Shown here piece by piece: positions 12,111 through 25,445 of a stretch of DNA of 64,000 nucleotides; within the stretch, counting starts at the first letter, position 1, and every line of letters begins with the position of its first letter. A program made the translations under genes and the position numbers. The DNA is taken from contig NC_043003.1 of assembly GCF_006345805.1 (NCBI RefSeq), forward strand, positions 43,028,001-43,092,000. Direction: 5' to 3'. This DNA is from Octopus sinensis (taxonomy: Eukaryota). The notes under the pieces are model-generated. The model was not told the DNA's origin, did no database searches, and worked only from the letters and a program-made list of their open reading frames with translations.

Positions 12111-12657
12111 TCGGTTTATATTAACTGACCATTTGAGAACACGTTAAACCGTATGAAATTTGAATAAAGCAATATGGTTATTCGTAAACGTCATTCAAAC
12201 GAGTGAAATATCTCCAGTGCAGCAAAAAGATTGCTTTATACTTTGACAGCTGATGTATTTAACTGACTTAGCGTTTATAGTGAATTTACAGTACTTTATA
12301 TATCCTATATAAATTCTTATTTAGAATGACATTGTACAGTACATAGGTAGTTTAACTGAAAGATTAAACACAGACAGCGAGAAGTTCGAGCGATAGAGGA
12401 AGAAAGATGAAAGAGAATGATATAAAGAGAGACATTAGACACACTTCTCCTCCTAACTATTACCTCCAAATATGACAAGCTTTATTATTTCGGGTAAAAG
12501 ATTAGTAAAGAATTGGTATTTCTGACAACATAGTATACATACATACGAAGAGATTAATATTTCTTTCATCCTTGTATGTCACTAGTTTCTTAAATGGAAA
12601 ACTTTGTAGACCAATTCTCGTTTCTCGCTCTCTGCACCAAGGGACTTACAAACCATA

Positions 12658-12755
12658 TTATATTATAGATAATATATATATATATAATATATATATATAT
12701 ATAATATATATATATATATAGATAATATATTTATATAATATATATATATATGTAT

Positions 12756-12798
<43 letters not shown>

Positions 12799-12833
12799 AT
12801 ATATATTATATATATATATATACCCATATATAT

Positions 12834-12874
<41 letters not shown>

Positions 12875-12900
12875 TACATATATATATATATGTATATGTA
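12658..12900. repeat. Interrupted (TA)n microsatellite
   Basis: Direct inspection. Confidence 0.95.
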
Positions 12901-13671
12901 TACGTTTACTTGGCGTTTAGACTTTTGAATTTACCTTAAAAGTGTAAACAAAACGGGCGATGGTAAATATAAAGATACGCTACTGACGTAAAGACCAATG
13001 CGACATTTTTACGTTAGTAAACCAAATAAATAATGATTATAAAGGAAAAGAATGAAAATTCTTTATGCTTTTATAGAGACGAAATGGTATTTAATGGCAG
13101 AAGAAAGAAGGTATGTAGTAATGTGTTTACTGAGTAAAGGAGAGTGAATGGGGTTAGAGGGTAGAAATATCAAAAATGCGGGAAAAAACGATAAGTAGCA
13201 GCGCTTCATATTCGGTGTGTGTGTGCATTTGCGTGTATGTATGTGTATCTGTGAAAGTTTCTGATTTTGTGTGTGTATCGTATTTGTGTATGCGTGTGTG
13301 TTTGTGTGTGTGTGAACAGTCCAATATGTAAATGTGGGCAAGGGAGTGAAAGAACATTGCTGGGTGGAATGTGTGTGCCGGAGTATGTGTCAGAGTGTCC
13401 TAATGTTAAATGAACGGCTGTTAGCGCCACGGGGAGAGAATAAACCCTGTTTGAAAATAAGTATGCTAACCGTGTTTTACCGCGTTCTTTGAAGCAGTCT
13501 ATTTGCATATCTGTATCACTTAGGTAAATGGTCAACAAACTGGACATCTAATTGAGTAGATATGCAATTTGTAAAGATAAAAAACACAATATCTTAGAAC
13601 AGCTGTTTTAAATTTCAATAATTATCATTTCGTCTATATATAAGTATGATTTTCATTAATATTTGATTCCC

Positions 13672-13975
13672 GTGGAAGCGCAATGGCCCAGTGGTTAGGA
13701 TAGTGGACTCGCGGTCGGAGGATCGCGGTTTCGATTCCCAGACTGGGCGTTGTGTGTGTTCATTGAGTGAAAACGCCCAAAGCTCCATGATGTTCCGGCA
13801 GGGGTGGTGGCGACCCCTGTTGTACTCTTTCGCCCCAACTTTCTCTCACACTTTCTTCCTGTTTCTTGAGTAACGCTGCGATGGACTGGCGTTCCATCCA
13901 GCGGGGGGGGGGGAACGCATACGCCATAGAAACCGGGAAACCGGATCCATGAGCCTGGCTAGGCTTGAAAAGGCC
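13672..13975 (+). mobile_element. tRNA SINE, body A + tail X
   Basis: GTGGAAGCGCAATGGCCCAGTGGTTAG head and GGTTTCGATTCCC B-box; shares ~190 bp with 37247, then GAGTAACGCTGCGATGGACTGGCGTTCCATCCAG (resembles V/Meta-type SINE domains). Confidence 0.88.
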
Positions 13976-14394
13976 GAAAAAAATCTTCTTATCCTCTTAG
14001 AATAGCATATCCCTTTTAATCACAACATTTGCACATTATTTCTGTCAGTTTGGTCAAACGTGCGACGTTACTTTCATTTAGCAATATTTTTCAATACGCA
14101 GATTTTCTATTCTTCTCTTTTGACAACTATCTGTCAGCTAAGCTCAGAACTGTTTTCATTTGCTCATGTTTCTTTTGAAACTGACTATGTAACGCATTTC
14201 GCAATTACCATTTTCATGTATTATCTTTCTTTATTCTTTTATCCTTCTACTTCGTTACAGGCTGGGCAACATTCATATATGTCTATATCTATAGCTTTGT
14301 GTGTATGTCTCTCCCTGCACTTTTTCCTTCATTACACACACACTATGGAATATTTTCAGTTTCCTTCTACAAATGCCCCGACAAGACTTCGATC

Positions 14395-14490
14395 GGCCTG
14401 AGCGTATTTTAGAAGACACTTGCCCGAGGAGCAACGCATTGCGACTGAGCCCAAAGGTATATGATCGGGAAGCAGACATCCTACGACACA
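14395..14490 (-). mobile_element. Degenerate SINE family D head fragment
   Basis: ACAAGACTTCGATCGGCC..AGAAGACACTTGCCCGAGG..GACTGAGCCC aligns to the reverse complement of the family D 5' part. Confidence 0.6.
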
Positions 14491-14497
14491 ATGACGG

Positions 14498-14534
<37 letters not shown>

Positions 14535-15068
14535 GCACGCGCGCACTCACATACATATAAAACCCTATTCAGACTTCTAATTCTGCAATTACCAAGTGTT
14601 CTGCACATCTTAGATTCTTTAGACCTCTGCTTTCGGTATTTCTTACTGAAACAATCTACATCGACTATATCGCAACACTGTTCTATCAAGCATACAAACT
14701 AATTCTTATGCATGAACCTACTAATTTCATACGGTCCATCTCTTCTCCAAAAGGTTTTAAAAAGTGGCGGCATATTCAAAATTTGAAATCATGTTTCGAT
14801 TTAGTTTGTTTCTAAAATTACTGAAATCATCCCTGATGAAATTATGTTTCTTCACATTCCACGAATTTCTCGTTCACTTTTTGCCCTTCCCAGCAAAGCC
14901 TTAATCTTTGTCATATAATATGCCACGCATTCTTTTAATTATGGACCGCATATCTAATGAAATGTGGAAACATAAAACGGAATTACTCAAGTGGTAAATT
15001 ATCTGTGAGTTTTTCATCTTCACTAGTTTTAATTTTTTTGCATTATATTGTACATATACATATGTACT

Positions 15069-15100
<32 letters not shown>

Positions 15101-15161
15101 ATATATATATATATCTATATAATATATATATATAACATCTATGCGTATATATATGTACACA

Positions 15162-15163
<2 letters not shown>

Positions 15164-15232
<69 letters not shown>

Positions 15233-15235
15233 ATA
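15164..15235. repeat. (TCTA)n microsatellite
   Basis: Direct inspection. Confidence 0.97.
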
Positions 15236-16007
15236 CGAAGTGTATTTATCAAATGTGTACACAATGTTGTGTCGAGCGAACCTGACTTATGTTCCAGTTA
15301 AGTGATTCTAATGGATTGATGGATCCTGATTTAACTAGTATGACTCGTGTAATTTTCTTGCCGTTTTAGATACAGTTCAGTAGCTGCTAAAATTTCCTTT
15401 CAACGCTTTAAAATATTCCTTTGATGATATTGTTCGTTCCGTTAAAGGAATCCTTTCATTTTCCCGACTTCTCTTTGATCCTTTATTTTAAGTATCCTAT
15501 TACTGTCTTTATATCATATTTTTCTCTAATTTCTAGCTTATTCGTAATGCTTCATAGGTCTTGTTTTCACGATTCGTTTTAAGATTAAGGAAAATTTACT
15601 CAGATACATTTCCATACCTTTAATAATCCTTACATTCATATTCCAACATGAAAACGTTATTTCCAATTTCCGTTTATATTCAACACAAGTTTTTTTTTTT
15701 TGTTGAATGTTTAAGAAATACGTCACGATTTTTATTCCCCACAAAAAAGGAAAATAAATAATAAAAAAACAGGAAAAAGAAGAATTATGCATATTTTGTG
15801 AAAACATCTTTAAAAATGTTAAAGTTGAACAAACGCTGTATGAGAAAGTCTTTAAACAGTAGTATTGATAATTTCCAAAGCTTGCATATGTCCACATGTA
15901 TCTATGAGTGGTTTTATGGAAGCGGTTATACCAGTTACAAACGGAATGATGAACCACAATCTTATATTTTGATAGCAAGGCTATTATAATGCATTTCATT
16001 CTTTTAC

Positions 16008-16181
16008 ATCTGTTAGGCACATCAGTATAATAATTCAGTGTAGCTATGTCTTGCTCGAATAGCTTAGAAGTTCGCTTCGCAGCCACACAAAACGCGCAAG
16101 TATCAGAACCAGACTTCGGGCGAGTAAAACTGGGGAGACCGAAATTGTGCAAAATGCTATCATAATGAAATGCACCCCACT
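16008..16181 (-). CDS. Candidate coding exon, unidentified (EWGAFHYDSILHNFGLPSFTRPKSGSDTCAFCVAAKRTSKLFEQDIATLNYYTDVPNR)
   Basis: Lies inside the longest non-repeat ORF (15538-16245). Pyrimidine-rich acceptor TTATCCTCCGACAG, donor GTAAAA, 174 nt, phase 1-1. No recognised homology. Confidence 0.17.
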
Positions 16182-16672
16182 CTGTCGGAGGATAACACGA
16201 AAGATACACATCTACGGAATGTTTACACATCTGTGGTATATCCAACCCTAATACGCCAATTCAGTGATCTGAGTATTTCATTTGATGGATTAGACTTATC
16301 AATCAAAGGTGGTGGCCTATATTTAAAGTTACAAAGAATTGTTCATTACTAAATGCTAATATATACAAAAGAGCATGTCTTGATTTAAAGGTTATTAGTG
16401 TAGAACAGCTTCGTCACATTAATACAATACCAAGTATACTCGGTAAGGATCGTTACGAGGCATTATAATAGAATATGGCGAATTGTTTCAGGAAATTCAC
16501 AACACAGGCGATATTTGTCATCTACCATATAGGGGTTGTGATGGTTAACTGGACCTGTCTTGTATTATGAATGGTGTTTCTTTTGTTGTTCTATTCAGAT
16601 TGGATTTGCTTCTTCCTCAGACAAGAGCTGGTACTATTTAAAATAATTTTATATGTGCCATTCAGTGACTAG

Positions 16673-16888
16673 AAATATTGGTTTCAAATTTTGACACAAA
16701 GCCAGCAGTATCGGGGGAGGGAGTAGTCGATTACATCGATCCTAGTGTTCAAATGGTTCTTATTTTATGGACACGAAATGGATGAAAGGCAAAGTCGACA
16801 TCGGTAGAATTTGAACTCAGAACGTTAAGACGAACGAAATACTGCTAATTGTTTTACCCTGTGTGCTAACGATTCTACTATCTCACCG
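16673..16888 (-). mobile_element. Diverged SINE family C copy
   Basis: GGATGAAAGGCAAAGTCGAC..GAATTTGAACTCAGAACG..GTGCTAACGATTCT is the reverse complement of the family C head and body. Confidence 0.85.
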
Positions 16889-17534
16889 TGTAACTTGAAT
16901 ATTGAAATATTGACCATTGTACTTTTACGGTCGTTTACTTGCATTGCTTTTCAATATGTTCGACTTTGCTTCAGCTTAAAATTTTAGTCATTCGAAAAAA
17001 AAAAAAAAAAAACGAAATAATCCTCTCTATTCAGGACAGTTTTGTTATTTTAGAAAACGGTTGCACATAATCAGTTATCCATGTATTTAGTAGTGCTTTG
17101 GAATTAGGTCCACTGAGTGATACTTCTGCTGCTTGAGATGATTAGCAGACATAACGGTCGCTTTTTCAACAGTTCACACAAAAGTAAAGAGGAGAAAAAT
17201 CTTGATAGATTATTTATTAAAAATGACCAGATAGGCTTACATTCTTTTAGAATGTAATTTCAAATTAGGTTTCGCACACATCCACACACACACACACACG
17301 TATATGTGTGTGTGTTAAGTTGTTTCCATGTTTAGTTACGAAAAAAAATTACATTTATCTGCCGAATTAGTCTATACTTTTGCAGAGTACAAATTTATTC
17401 TTAAACAAGAATGTAGTTGACAATGTCATCGAAGTTTCTACCAGTAAAGCCAATAAGTCCGGTATTATCTGCACAGCACGAAGTAAGGTGAATAAAATCA
17501 AAATAAGTATCGATATCCTGTTGATTATTTTATG

Positions 17535-17584
17535 TATAATATATATATATATATCATGCCAGAAAAAAATATATTTATATATAT

Positions 17585-17653
<69 letters not shown>

Positions 17654-17662
17654 TATATATAT
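17535..17662. repeat. (TA)n microsatellite at the LINE 5' junction
   Basis: Direct inspection. Confidence 0.95.
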
Positions 17663-20156
17663 GTACATGGAGCAGGTAATACTCCAACCAACCAGGGCAG
17701 GTAACACACTGGATCTCTGCTTCACAAATGACATGGATCTCATCCATAATGTGAAAGTGACACCGACACACTCACTCGGATCACAACATGATAGAGCTGA
17801 CCATGTACGGGCCAAAAGAGAGCACGGACATGCAGCCTACAAGAAACCCTCAAAATCTTTCCAGCTTGAACTACCATAAGGCAAACTGGAACAAATTGAG
17901 AAAGAGATCCTCAAACAAAACTGGCCTAATGTCTCTCCTCGCCAGACATCGACGTGAAACTTCAACAATTCATGTCTGTAATGCAAGCCATATGCTACAA
18001 ATGTGTCCCAGAGAGAAAGGCCACTGTACACAAGAACAAAATCCCCAGAGAGAGGAAAATTTTAATGAGACGGCGTACGAAATTTTCAATCGCCTAAACA
18101 AACAGATTGAAAGCAGTGAAAAGTCCCGCCTAAAAATAAAACTGTTGGAAATCGAAAAATGTCTGCACTCTCCCATGAAAAAGAAAGAGCAGACAAAGAA
18201 GCCTGGGCTATAGAAAACATAAAATCTAACCCCAGAGCTTTCTACAGGTATGCCAAAGAAACAGCTACAGTGCACTGTAGAATAGGGCCACTCCTCGAAA
18301 AGGATGCACACTTACAGGAAAACCAATGAGGGTAAGTGAAATACTGAATGAGCAATTCAAGAGTGTTTTCACTCACCCCTTGGGCATCTCCAAACCACCA
18401 ATCCAACTGACTTTTTTACCACTGCAGATATAAAATCAGAGGCGGCGAAGATAGATTACATCGATATAGGAAGACGATGTAACCAAGGCTATAGATGAAA
18501 TGAAAACAGACTCAGCTACTGGCCCCGATGGATTCCCGGCAATCCTCCTAAAAGCATGTAAGAGAGTCCTAGCAAGACCACTGCAGTTCCTCTTTCAGAG
18601 CTTCCTTGCAGCTGGCAAACTTCCAGGAAAACTGAAGGAAGGTAAAATATGCCCCATTCATAAAGGAGGTAGCAGAGCGGAAGCCAAGAACTATGACCTA
18701 TCTCTCTGACCTCACACATCAGCAAGGTCATGGACGAATAGTCAGAAGGAAGCTGATCACCTTCCTTGAAGAGAATGACTTGCTGCCCGACACCCAACAT
18801 GGTTTCCGACCAGGGAGAAGCTGTTTAACTCAGCTCCTACAACACTATGACTAGGTGCTGAAACGGCTGCTCAACCACTCAAATGTGGAAGTGATATATC
18901 TCGACTTTGCAAGGCCTTTGATAAAGTCGATCATGGAATGATATGTCACAAACTGCGTGATCTCAACATAGTTGGAAAACTGGGAGAATGGCTTCATGAC
19001 TTTCTGAAGGATAGAAGTCAGGTGGTAGTAGCCATGGGGCCACCTCCATTAACACACAAATAGTGAGCGGTGTTCCGCAGGGCACTGTTCTGGACCACTA
19101 CTGTTCATAATGGCCCTCTCAGACATGCCCTCAGCCACGCAGAGAGCCACGATCACAAGTTATGCAGATGATACAAAAGTTTCACAGGCAATACAGAACC
19201 CTGAGGACACTAAACACCTGCAATGTGAGCTGGACGAAATATACAAGTGGGCTGAAAAGAATAGCATGCAGTTCAATGCTGGAAGTTTCAAGCTATACTA
19301 TCAGCATGCAAAACTGAATGCAATACCCAATGAATAACTACACTGGACCCGGAGGGATTGCAATCCAGAGGCACAATCAGTGCGTGACCTGGGTTATTCA
19401 CATGAGTGATGACGCGACCTTTCATGTACAGGTTGCTAACTGACAATGAAATGTAGACGGCTGGCTGGATGGATTCTTAGAACCTTTAGAACAAGAGAAC
19501 AAAAAACCATGATGGTCCTCTGGAAGACACTTGTCCTAAGCCACTTTGACTATTGCTCTCAGCTATGTTCACCATCCAGTGTCAAGTTGATCACAGAACT
19601 TGAGGCGATCCAACGAAGCTACACAAAGAAGATAGCCTCTATGCAGAATGTAAGCTACTGGGAAAGACTCAAGAGATTAAAATTATATTCTCTGGAGCGT
19701 AGGCGGGAAAGATATGCCATAATATACATCTGGAAGATCCTGGAGGGAAGTGTCCTGAACTTTGCATCGAGAGTTACGCAAATGCCAGAACTGGGCGCCA
19801 CTGCGTGGTGCCTAGGACTCCAAACCTGCCATCAAGATGTAGGACAAGATTCTGTGATAGCCTGGGCTTCCGAGGCCACAGCTCTTTAATATCCTCCCGA
19901 AGAACCTGAGAGACCTGCATGGGGTGGATACAGATGTCTTTAAAATGAAGCTGGATTCTTCCTGTCAGGTGTCCCAGATGAACCAACTTCACGGCAGGAG
20001 AGGGCAGATGAGGGCAGCTGCATCGAACTCTCTCATGCACAAATAGCAGTTGCTAGAAAAGCCTCCATGAAGTGAAACCAAGTAGCACCACCAAATGGCG
20101 GTGCCCCAGCATGGCCACAGCTCATAAGCTGAAACTGAATCAATCAATCAATCAAT
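17663..20156 (+). mobile_element. 5'-truncated CR1-type LINE (APE C-terminus + reverse transcriptase), frameshifted pseudogene, (AATC)n tail
   Basis: EN end PTRAGNTLDLCFTN; RT motifs ATGPDGFP, CPIHKGG, QHGFRPGRSC, YLDF..AFDKVDH, SGVPQGTV, YADDTK; C-terminal LVLSHFDYCSQL and YSLERRRER; multiple stops and frameshifts. Confidence 0.95.
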
Positions 20157-20451
20157 ATATATATATATATGTATATATATGTATATATATGTATTATATG
20201 TATATATATATATATTTATGTAATATATGTATATATATATATAATTTATGTGAAATAGAAGATGAATAATCTTGTAGTAGATAATCAAAAGTTTAACCGA
20301 TACCTTAGTAGCAAAAATCACAGCAGTGAACAGCACGGTTGGAGGTACAACCATCTGGCGTTGCAAACGTCCGTGCGGTGGTGGGATAATGAAATTAAAA
20401 CATTATTGGTGAATTGAAGAAATGGAGCTGAACGCAGATTGAACAGAAATC

Positions 20452-20547
20452 TTTTTATTTCATCTACACGTGTTTCGAAAGGCACAAATTACAAAATCCG
20501 ATTGAATAATGGGACCATATTGTGTCTTTCTCATCAGGAAGAAAAAA
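20452..20547 (-). ncRNA. Type I hammerhead ribozyme motif (left-arm copy)
   Basis: Minus strand: TTCTTC-CTGATGA-GAAAGACACAA...TTGTGCCTTTC-GAA-ACACGTGT-A-GATGAAAT. Canonical core, 11-bp stem II with one mismatch, palindromic stem III, imperfect stem I. Confidence 0.65.
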
Positions 20548-22271
20548 GGAAATCCGTTGGAAAAACAAAAACAGAACAGAGGCAGAGCAAAAAACAAACC
20601 GAACTGTGCTCCTAAGAGCCCATGGCGAAACTGTTATCAGTGTATGTTGAGAACCGGTGGCTGAAGAATTCAACAGGTCAGGCATCGGTCAAACATGTGG
20701 GTGAGGTGTATAGATGTTCTTTGTGACCGAGAATAAAGTTCTGACTATTTAAAGAATATTGGATGTTTTATAAGGGGGAGAAAAAATCTACTTAGAGACG
20801 TGTGTGTGTGTATACTGTTCTATATATGTGTGTGTTGGCGTAGGGGTAGAAAACATTTTTTGTGTACGTGTGTGCGTTTGATCGTTCGGCTGTCAGTGGC
20901 TACTGCCGTGATAACCGTTGGGTGGCAGAAAGAAAAAAAATAAAGAAATTATATATATATATTTTATGTTATGTGGTGTGTGTGTGTGTTCATCTAAGCC
21001 TACATTGACAAGGAAACCCCCGCTGTGAAAAAACAAGCCCCGTTTGTCTTACAGAGTAATTTCCCTTGCAGTGGTAATTGTAGATATCTTAAAATCTATT
21101 TCAGAATTGTTACCAAGGGCTATGGGTGCCGGTCTTATTTATAAACGCTATTTAAGGCCAGATAAGTGTAACGCCGCCAATGGGGGCATCGAAAAGCCGA
21201 CTGTAAGAGCCCGTTTACCATCCGGCCTTGGCAAACAAAATATGGAAGAGTTCGGAGACACAAAGGTTGCACTGTCTTCTGCCCCTATCAAATGGAGGGC
21301 CACCGACAAAATGACCATTCCAGCCTATAGCTTAAGTTCGCATCCTTCAGTCGCCATATTAGCTTACTGAGTCCCGTGGTCTGCGCTTGTTCACGTCCCG
21401 AAAAGTGCGTAACTTTTCGGGACGTGAACAAGCGCCAGACCCGGGGACTAAGTAAGCTAATATGGCGACTGAAGGATGCGAACTTAAGCTATAGGCTGGA
21501 ATGGTCAATTTGTCGGTGGCCCTCCCATTTGATAGGGGCAGAAGACAGTGCAACCTTTGTGTCTCCGAATCTTCCATATTTTGTTTGCCAGAGGCCGGAT
21601 GGTAAACGGGCTCTTACAGTCGGCTTTTCGATGCCCCCATTGGCGGCGTTACACTTATCTGCCTTTAAATAGCGTTTATAAATAAGACCGGCACCCATAG
21701 CCCTTGGTAACAAATTCTGAAATAGATTTTAAGATATCTACAATTAACCACTGCAGGGAATTACTCCTGTAAGACAAACGGGCTTGTTTTTTCACAGCGG
21801 GGGGTTTCCTTGTCAGGTGGTTAGATGAACACACACCACACACACATAAAACATTAAAATATATATATAAATTTCTTATTTTTTTCTTTCTGCCACCCAA
21901 CGGTTATCACGGCAGTAGCCACTGACAGCCGAACGATCAAACGCACACACGTACACAAAAAATGTTTTCTACCCCTACGCCAACACACACATATATAGAA
22001 CAGATACACACACACACGTCTCTAAGTAGATTTTTTCTCGCCCCTTAAAAAACATCCAATATTCTTTAAATAGTCAGAACTTTATTCTCGGTCACAAAGA
22101 ACATCTATACACCCTCACCCACATGTTTGACCGATGCCTGACTGTTGAATTCTTCAGCCACCGGTTCTCAACATACACTGATAAACAGTTTCGCCATGGG
22201 CTCTTAGGAGCACAGTTCGATTTGTTTTTTGCTCTGCCTCTGTTCTGTTTTTGTTTCTCCAACGGATTTCC

Positions 22272-22365
22272 TTTTTTCTTCCTGATGAGAAAGACACAAT
22301 ATGGTCCCATTATTCAATCGGATTTTGGTATTTGTGCCTTTCGAAACACGTGTAGATAGAATAAA
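22272..22365 (+). ncRNA. Type I hammerhead ribozyme motif (right-arm copy)
   Basis: CTGATGA at 22282-22288; stem II 22289-22299/22332-22342; GAA 22343-22345; ACACGTGT 22346-22353; predicted GUA cleavage after 22354; weak stem I. Confidence 0.6.
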
Positions 22366-22419
22366 TAAACGATTTCTGTTCAATCTGCGTTCAGCTCCAT
22401 TTCTTCATTCACCAATAAT

Positions 22420-22474
<55 letters not shown>

Positions 22475-24330
22475 CTATATATATATATATATATGTATAT
22501 AATATATTTGGTAGAATAAAAAATTGATTTAGCATTTCTAAATTGAATTTTCCCTGTAAGTTTGGAATAATATTCCCTCAAATTATATATATATTATATA
22601 TATAATATATATTATATATATATATATATGTATGTATATATACATACACATATACATATACATATCCATTTATATATATTACATACATACACCACACACA
22701 TATATGTGTGTGTATATGTGTGTATGTGTGTATGTATGTGTGTATGTATGTGTGCGTGTGTGTGTACGTGAGTATGTGTTATACATATGGATTTATTTTA
22801 TTCATAACTTTCTGTTGGCATCTAAGAATTGACGATCGATACATAACAGTTCATTCGAATATATTCAGCAATACCACGTACCAGGTGCACTTGTGAGTTG
22901 GAGATTTAATGGACAACAATAATTACCATTTTTATCTACTCTGTTAGTTTCATTAGCTTCCTAGTACATATGCTTTCTGTGGAGATTAATCACTGTATAT
23001 ATAAAACCGATTACGGAGTGTAAGCTGCAATATTTACTACAGTTATAGCGTTACGATCTCTAGGCATTAGGAATGCAAAATAAATCGCCAAGAAACCGAA
23101 ACTATTGTATGACCGGCTCTACGGATGAATTGATAGCACCCAATGTATGTTGTTATTGAATTTAAAATTTGTATTAACTACTGCAAACTGTTCATTTCTT
23201 CGCCATTACATGCACGAAAGGCTTTACTTTACATACATGCTCATATATCTTTAGGAAACGTGATTTGGAGAATAATATTACTGGTTTTTGAACATGACAC
23301 ATAATGATGATCATATTGCTGTTGGTGCGATCGAAGGAGTTTTTGCTAATAGTGACTGGAAGGATGTCATATGGGACTTGAGTAAGTGCTGGTGTTTCGA
23401 GTTTACGTACCAGTTGGTAAATGCAGAGTATTTTTTTTTACAGTGAGTGTTGTTTATATTGTTTGATATATGAATGACTCTTCATGTAGTACATAAATTG
23501 TATGGAAAAGAGACCAGAAATTTACTTCTCTGGTGGAGATGGTCTTTGACTTTTTCCTGTACTTGTGTAGCATAATAACAGTGTATGTAGATAAAGCTTT
23601 ATTTCGGAGAGTAACGGATATTTACAGGTTAGTTGATCATAGAGCTATCAAATAACGAACAGTGGCTCACGTTTGGGATATATTGATATCTTTAATGTTT
23701 AATGGGAAACATGACGGATTACCGAGGGTAAGATCTGGATCCAGAATATATTGTTTAAAGATGTCGAAAGGAGTCTAATGGAGCCGGTTACTTTTCCTGG
23801 TCGGAATGATCGAAAGAGATTTTGCTTACACTGCTTGTGAGTACACGAATTACGATGAGTGGATGACAAATAACATTTCTGAGAACTGAGTGAGTGCACT
23901 TTGGTGAAGTAGATATTTTTTTTCTTATATTTGAAATAGATGAAATATAAACTAAGTACCGATTCAGTAACATCGAAAGATTTGTATTTTATATTTGCAT
24001 AGGCTGATGAACGTTATATGGCCGAGCTGTTACACGCCCTGCTGCGTTTTATACATGGTTATGTGTAAGATTTGAAGTTATTAGAACTATGGCATTTCAA
24101 AGTATACTAGAATTGAATGCATTTACATTTCTACCCATTGTTCGTTCGATGAGGGATATATTTTCAATAGCTCGATGGAGCAAAAAATGAATAAATAAAT
24201 AACGATATAAATATATATATATTTTCAGTGTCTAGAAAGTTAAGTTCGAATATTCCGTATGGGTACCCTCCTGCTGACATATTGATATTTAAATAAATAA
24301 CATACACACACGCACACACACAAGCGCACA

Positions 24331-24362
<32 letters not shown>

Positions 24363-24906
24363 AACACACACACATATATATATATATACATACATGCATA
24401 TATATATATATGTATATATATACACACACACATATACATATATATATAGATATATACATACATGCATATATATATATATACACACACACACACATATATT
24501 ATATATATATACATATATACATATATTTATAGATACACAGACACACACACATACAGACACGTACATCCATATATATATATATTTATGTATATATGAGTTT
24601 GTATATATTTATCCAACTCTTTCTATATAAGCAAAATGTACATACATATACAGACAGACATACATGCACACACGTGCATACATATAACTGGATTAGTTGT
24701 AGATCAGTATCCATGGGTTTTTCTGTGCTCTCTCTCCTATGTTGTTTCCGAAATGGCAAGGTATTTCACATATCATGTTCTCCTCTAATTGAACATCTGA
24801 TAAAAATGTTTCCGGTACTATGCTGCGATTGAGACATGCGAAATTCAGGTGATATAGAGTTTGTGGTTGTTCCTTTGCGAGTAAATGTGTGTGTATGTGT
24901 GTGTGT

Positions 24907-24946
<40 letters not shown>

Positions 24947-25097
24947 TGTGTGTGTGTGTGTGTGTTTTCATTGAGCATAAAACAAACGCAGGCGTTTAAG
25001 ATTAGACTGAAGAATTCTGAGGAATTCTGAAATATAGACTATATTGGTTCTTTTGTTTAGAAAGCGGAACAGTTTCAGGGAAACTCTTGCTAACGCT

Positions 25098-25110
25098 ACC
25101 TATCTATCTG

Positions 25111-25182
<72 letters not shown>

Positions 25183-25183
25183 C

Positions 25184-25257
<74 letters not shown>

Positions 25258-25275
25258 ATCTATCTATCTATCTAT
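25098..25275. repeat. (TCTA)n microsatellite
   Basis: Direct inspection. Confidence 0.97.
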
Positions 25276-25293
25276 ATATGATTTTCTTATGTG

Positions 25294-25445
25294 AAAGCTG
25301 CAAAAATATCACAAAAAAATGCTATTCAGAGTTTCATGTTCCCGTCTGTCGAGTGTTTGAGGTCAAGAGTTCTTGATCACAATTGCCCGACGAACGGGAA
25401 CGTGAAACTCTGAATAGCAATTTTTTCTGATGTTTCTGCAGCTTT
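25294..25445. repeat. MITE-like imperfect inverted repeat
   Basis: GCTATTCAGAGTTTCATGTTCCCGT (25321-25345) pairs with ACGGGAACGTGAAACTCTGAATAGC (25394-25418); pairing extends outward to AAAGCTGCA/TGCAGCTTT. Confidence 0.85.

Larger units (their letters stand above)
20398..22423. repeat. ~2 kb palindrome (arms 20398-21406 and 21412-22423, loop GCGTA), Penelope/retrozyme-like
   Basis: The arms are reverse complements along their whole length (centre CGTCCCGAAAAGT-GCGTA-ACTTTTCGGGACG) with scattered small indels and substitutions. Confidence 0.95.

Noticed and set aside
13672-13750. Possible tRNA genes at the SINE heads (also 26374, 27880-27956, 37247, 56930-57005)
   Set aside because: A/B boxes are present, but no complete cloverleaf forms and each continues into a shared SINE body.
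21489-21713. ORFs within the palindrome arms
   Set aside because: They differ between the arms by frameshifts and show no RT or GIY-YIG motifs; the arms are treated as non-coding.
23294-23381. MTHNDDHIAVGAIEGVFANSDWKDVIWDL followed by GTAAGT
   Set aside because: Strong donor, but there is an in-frame stop just upstream, no compatible acceptor and no identified family.
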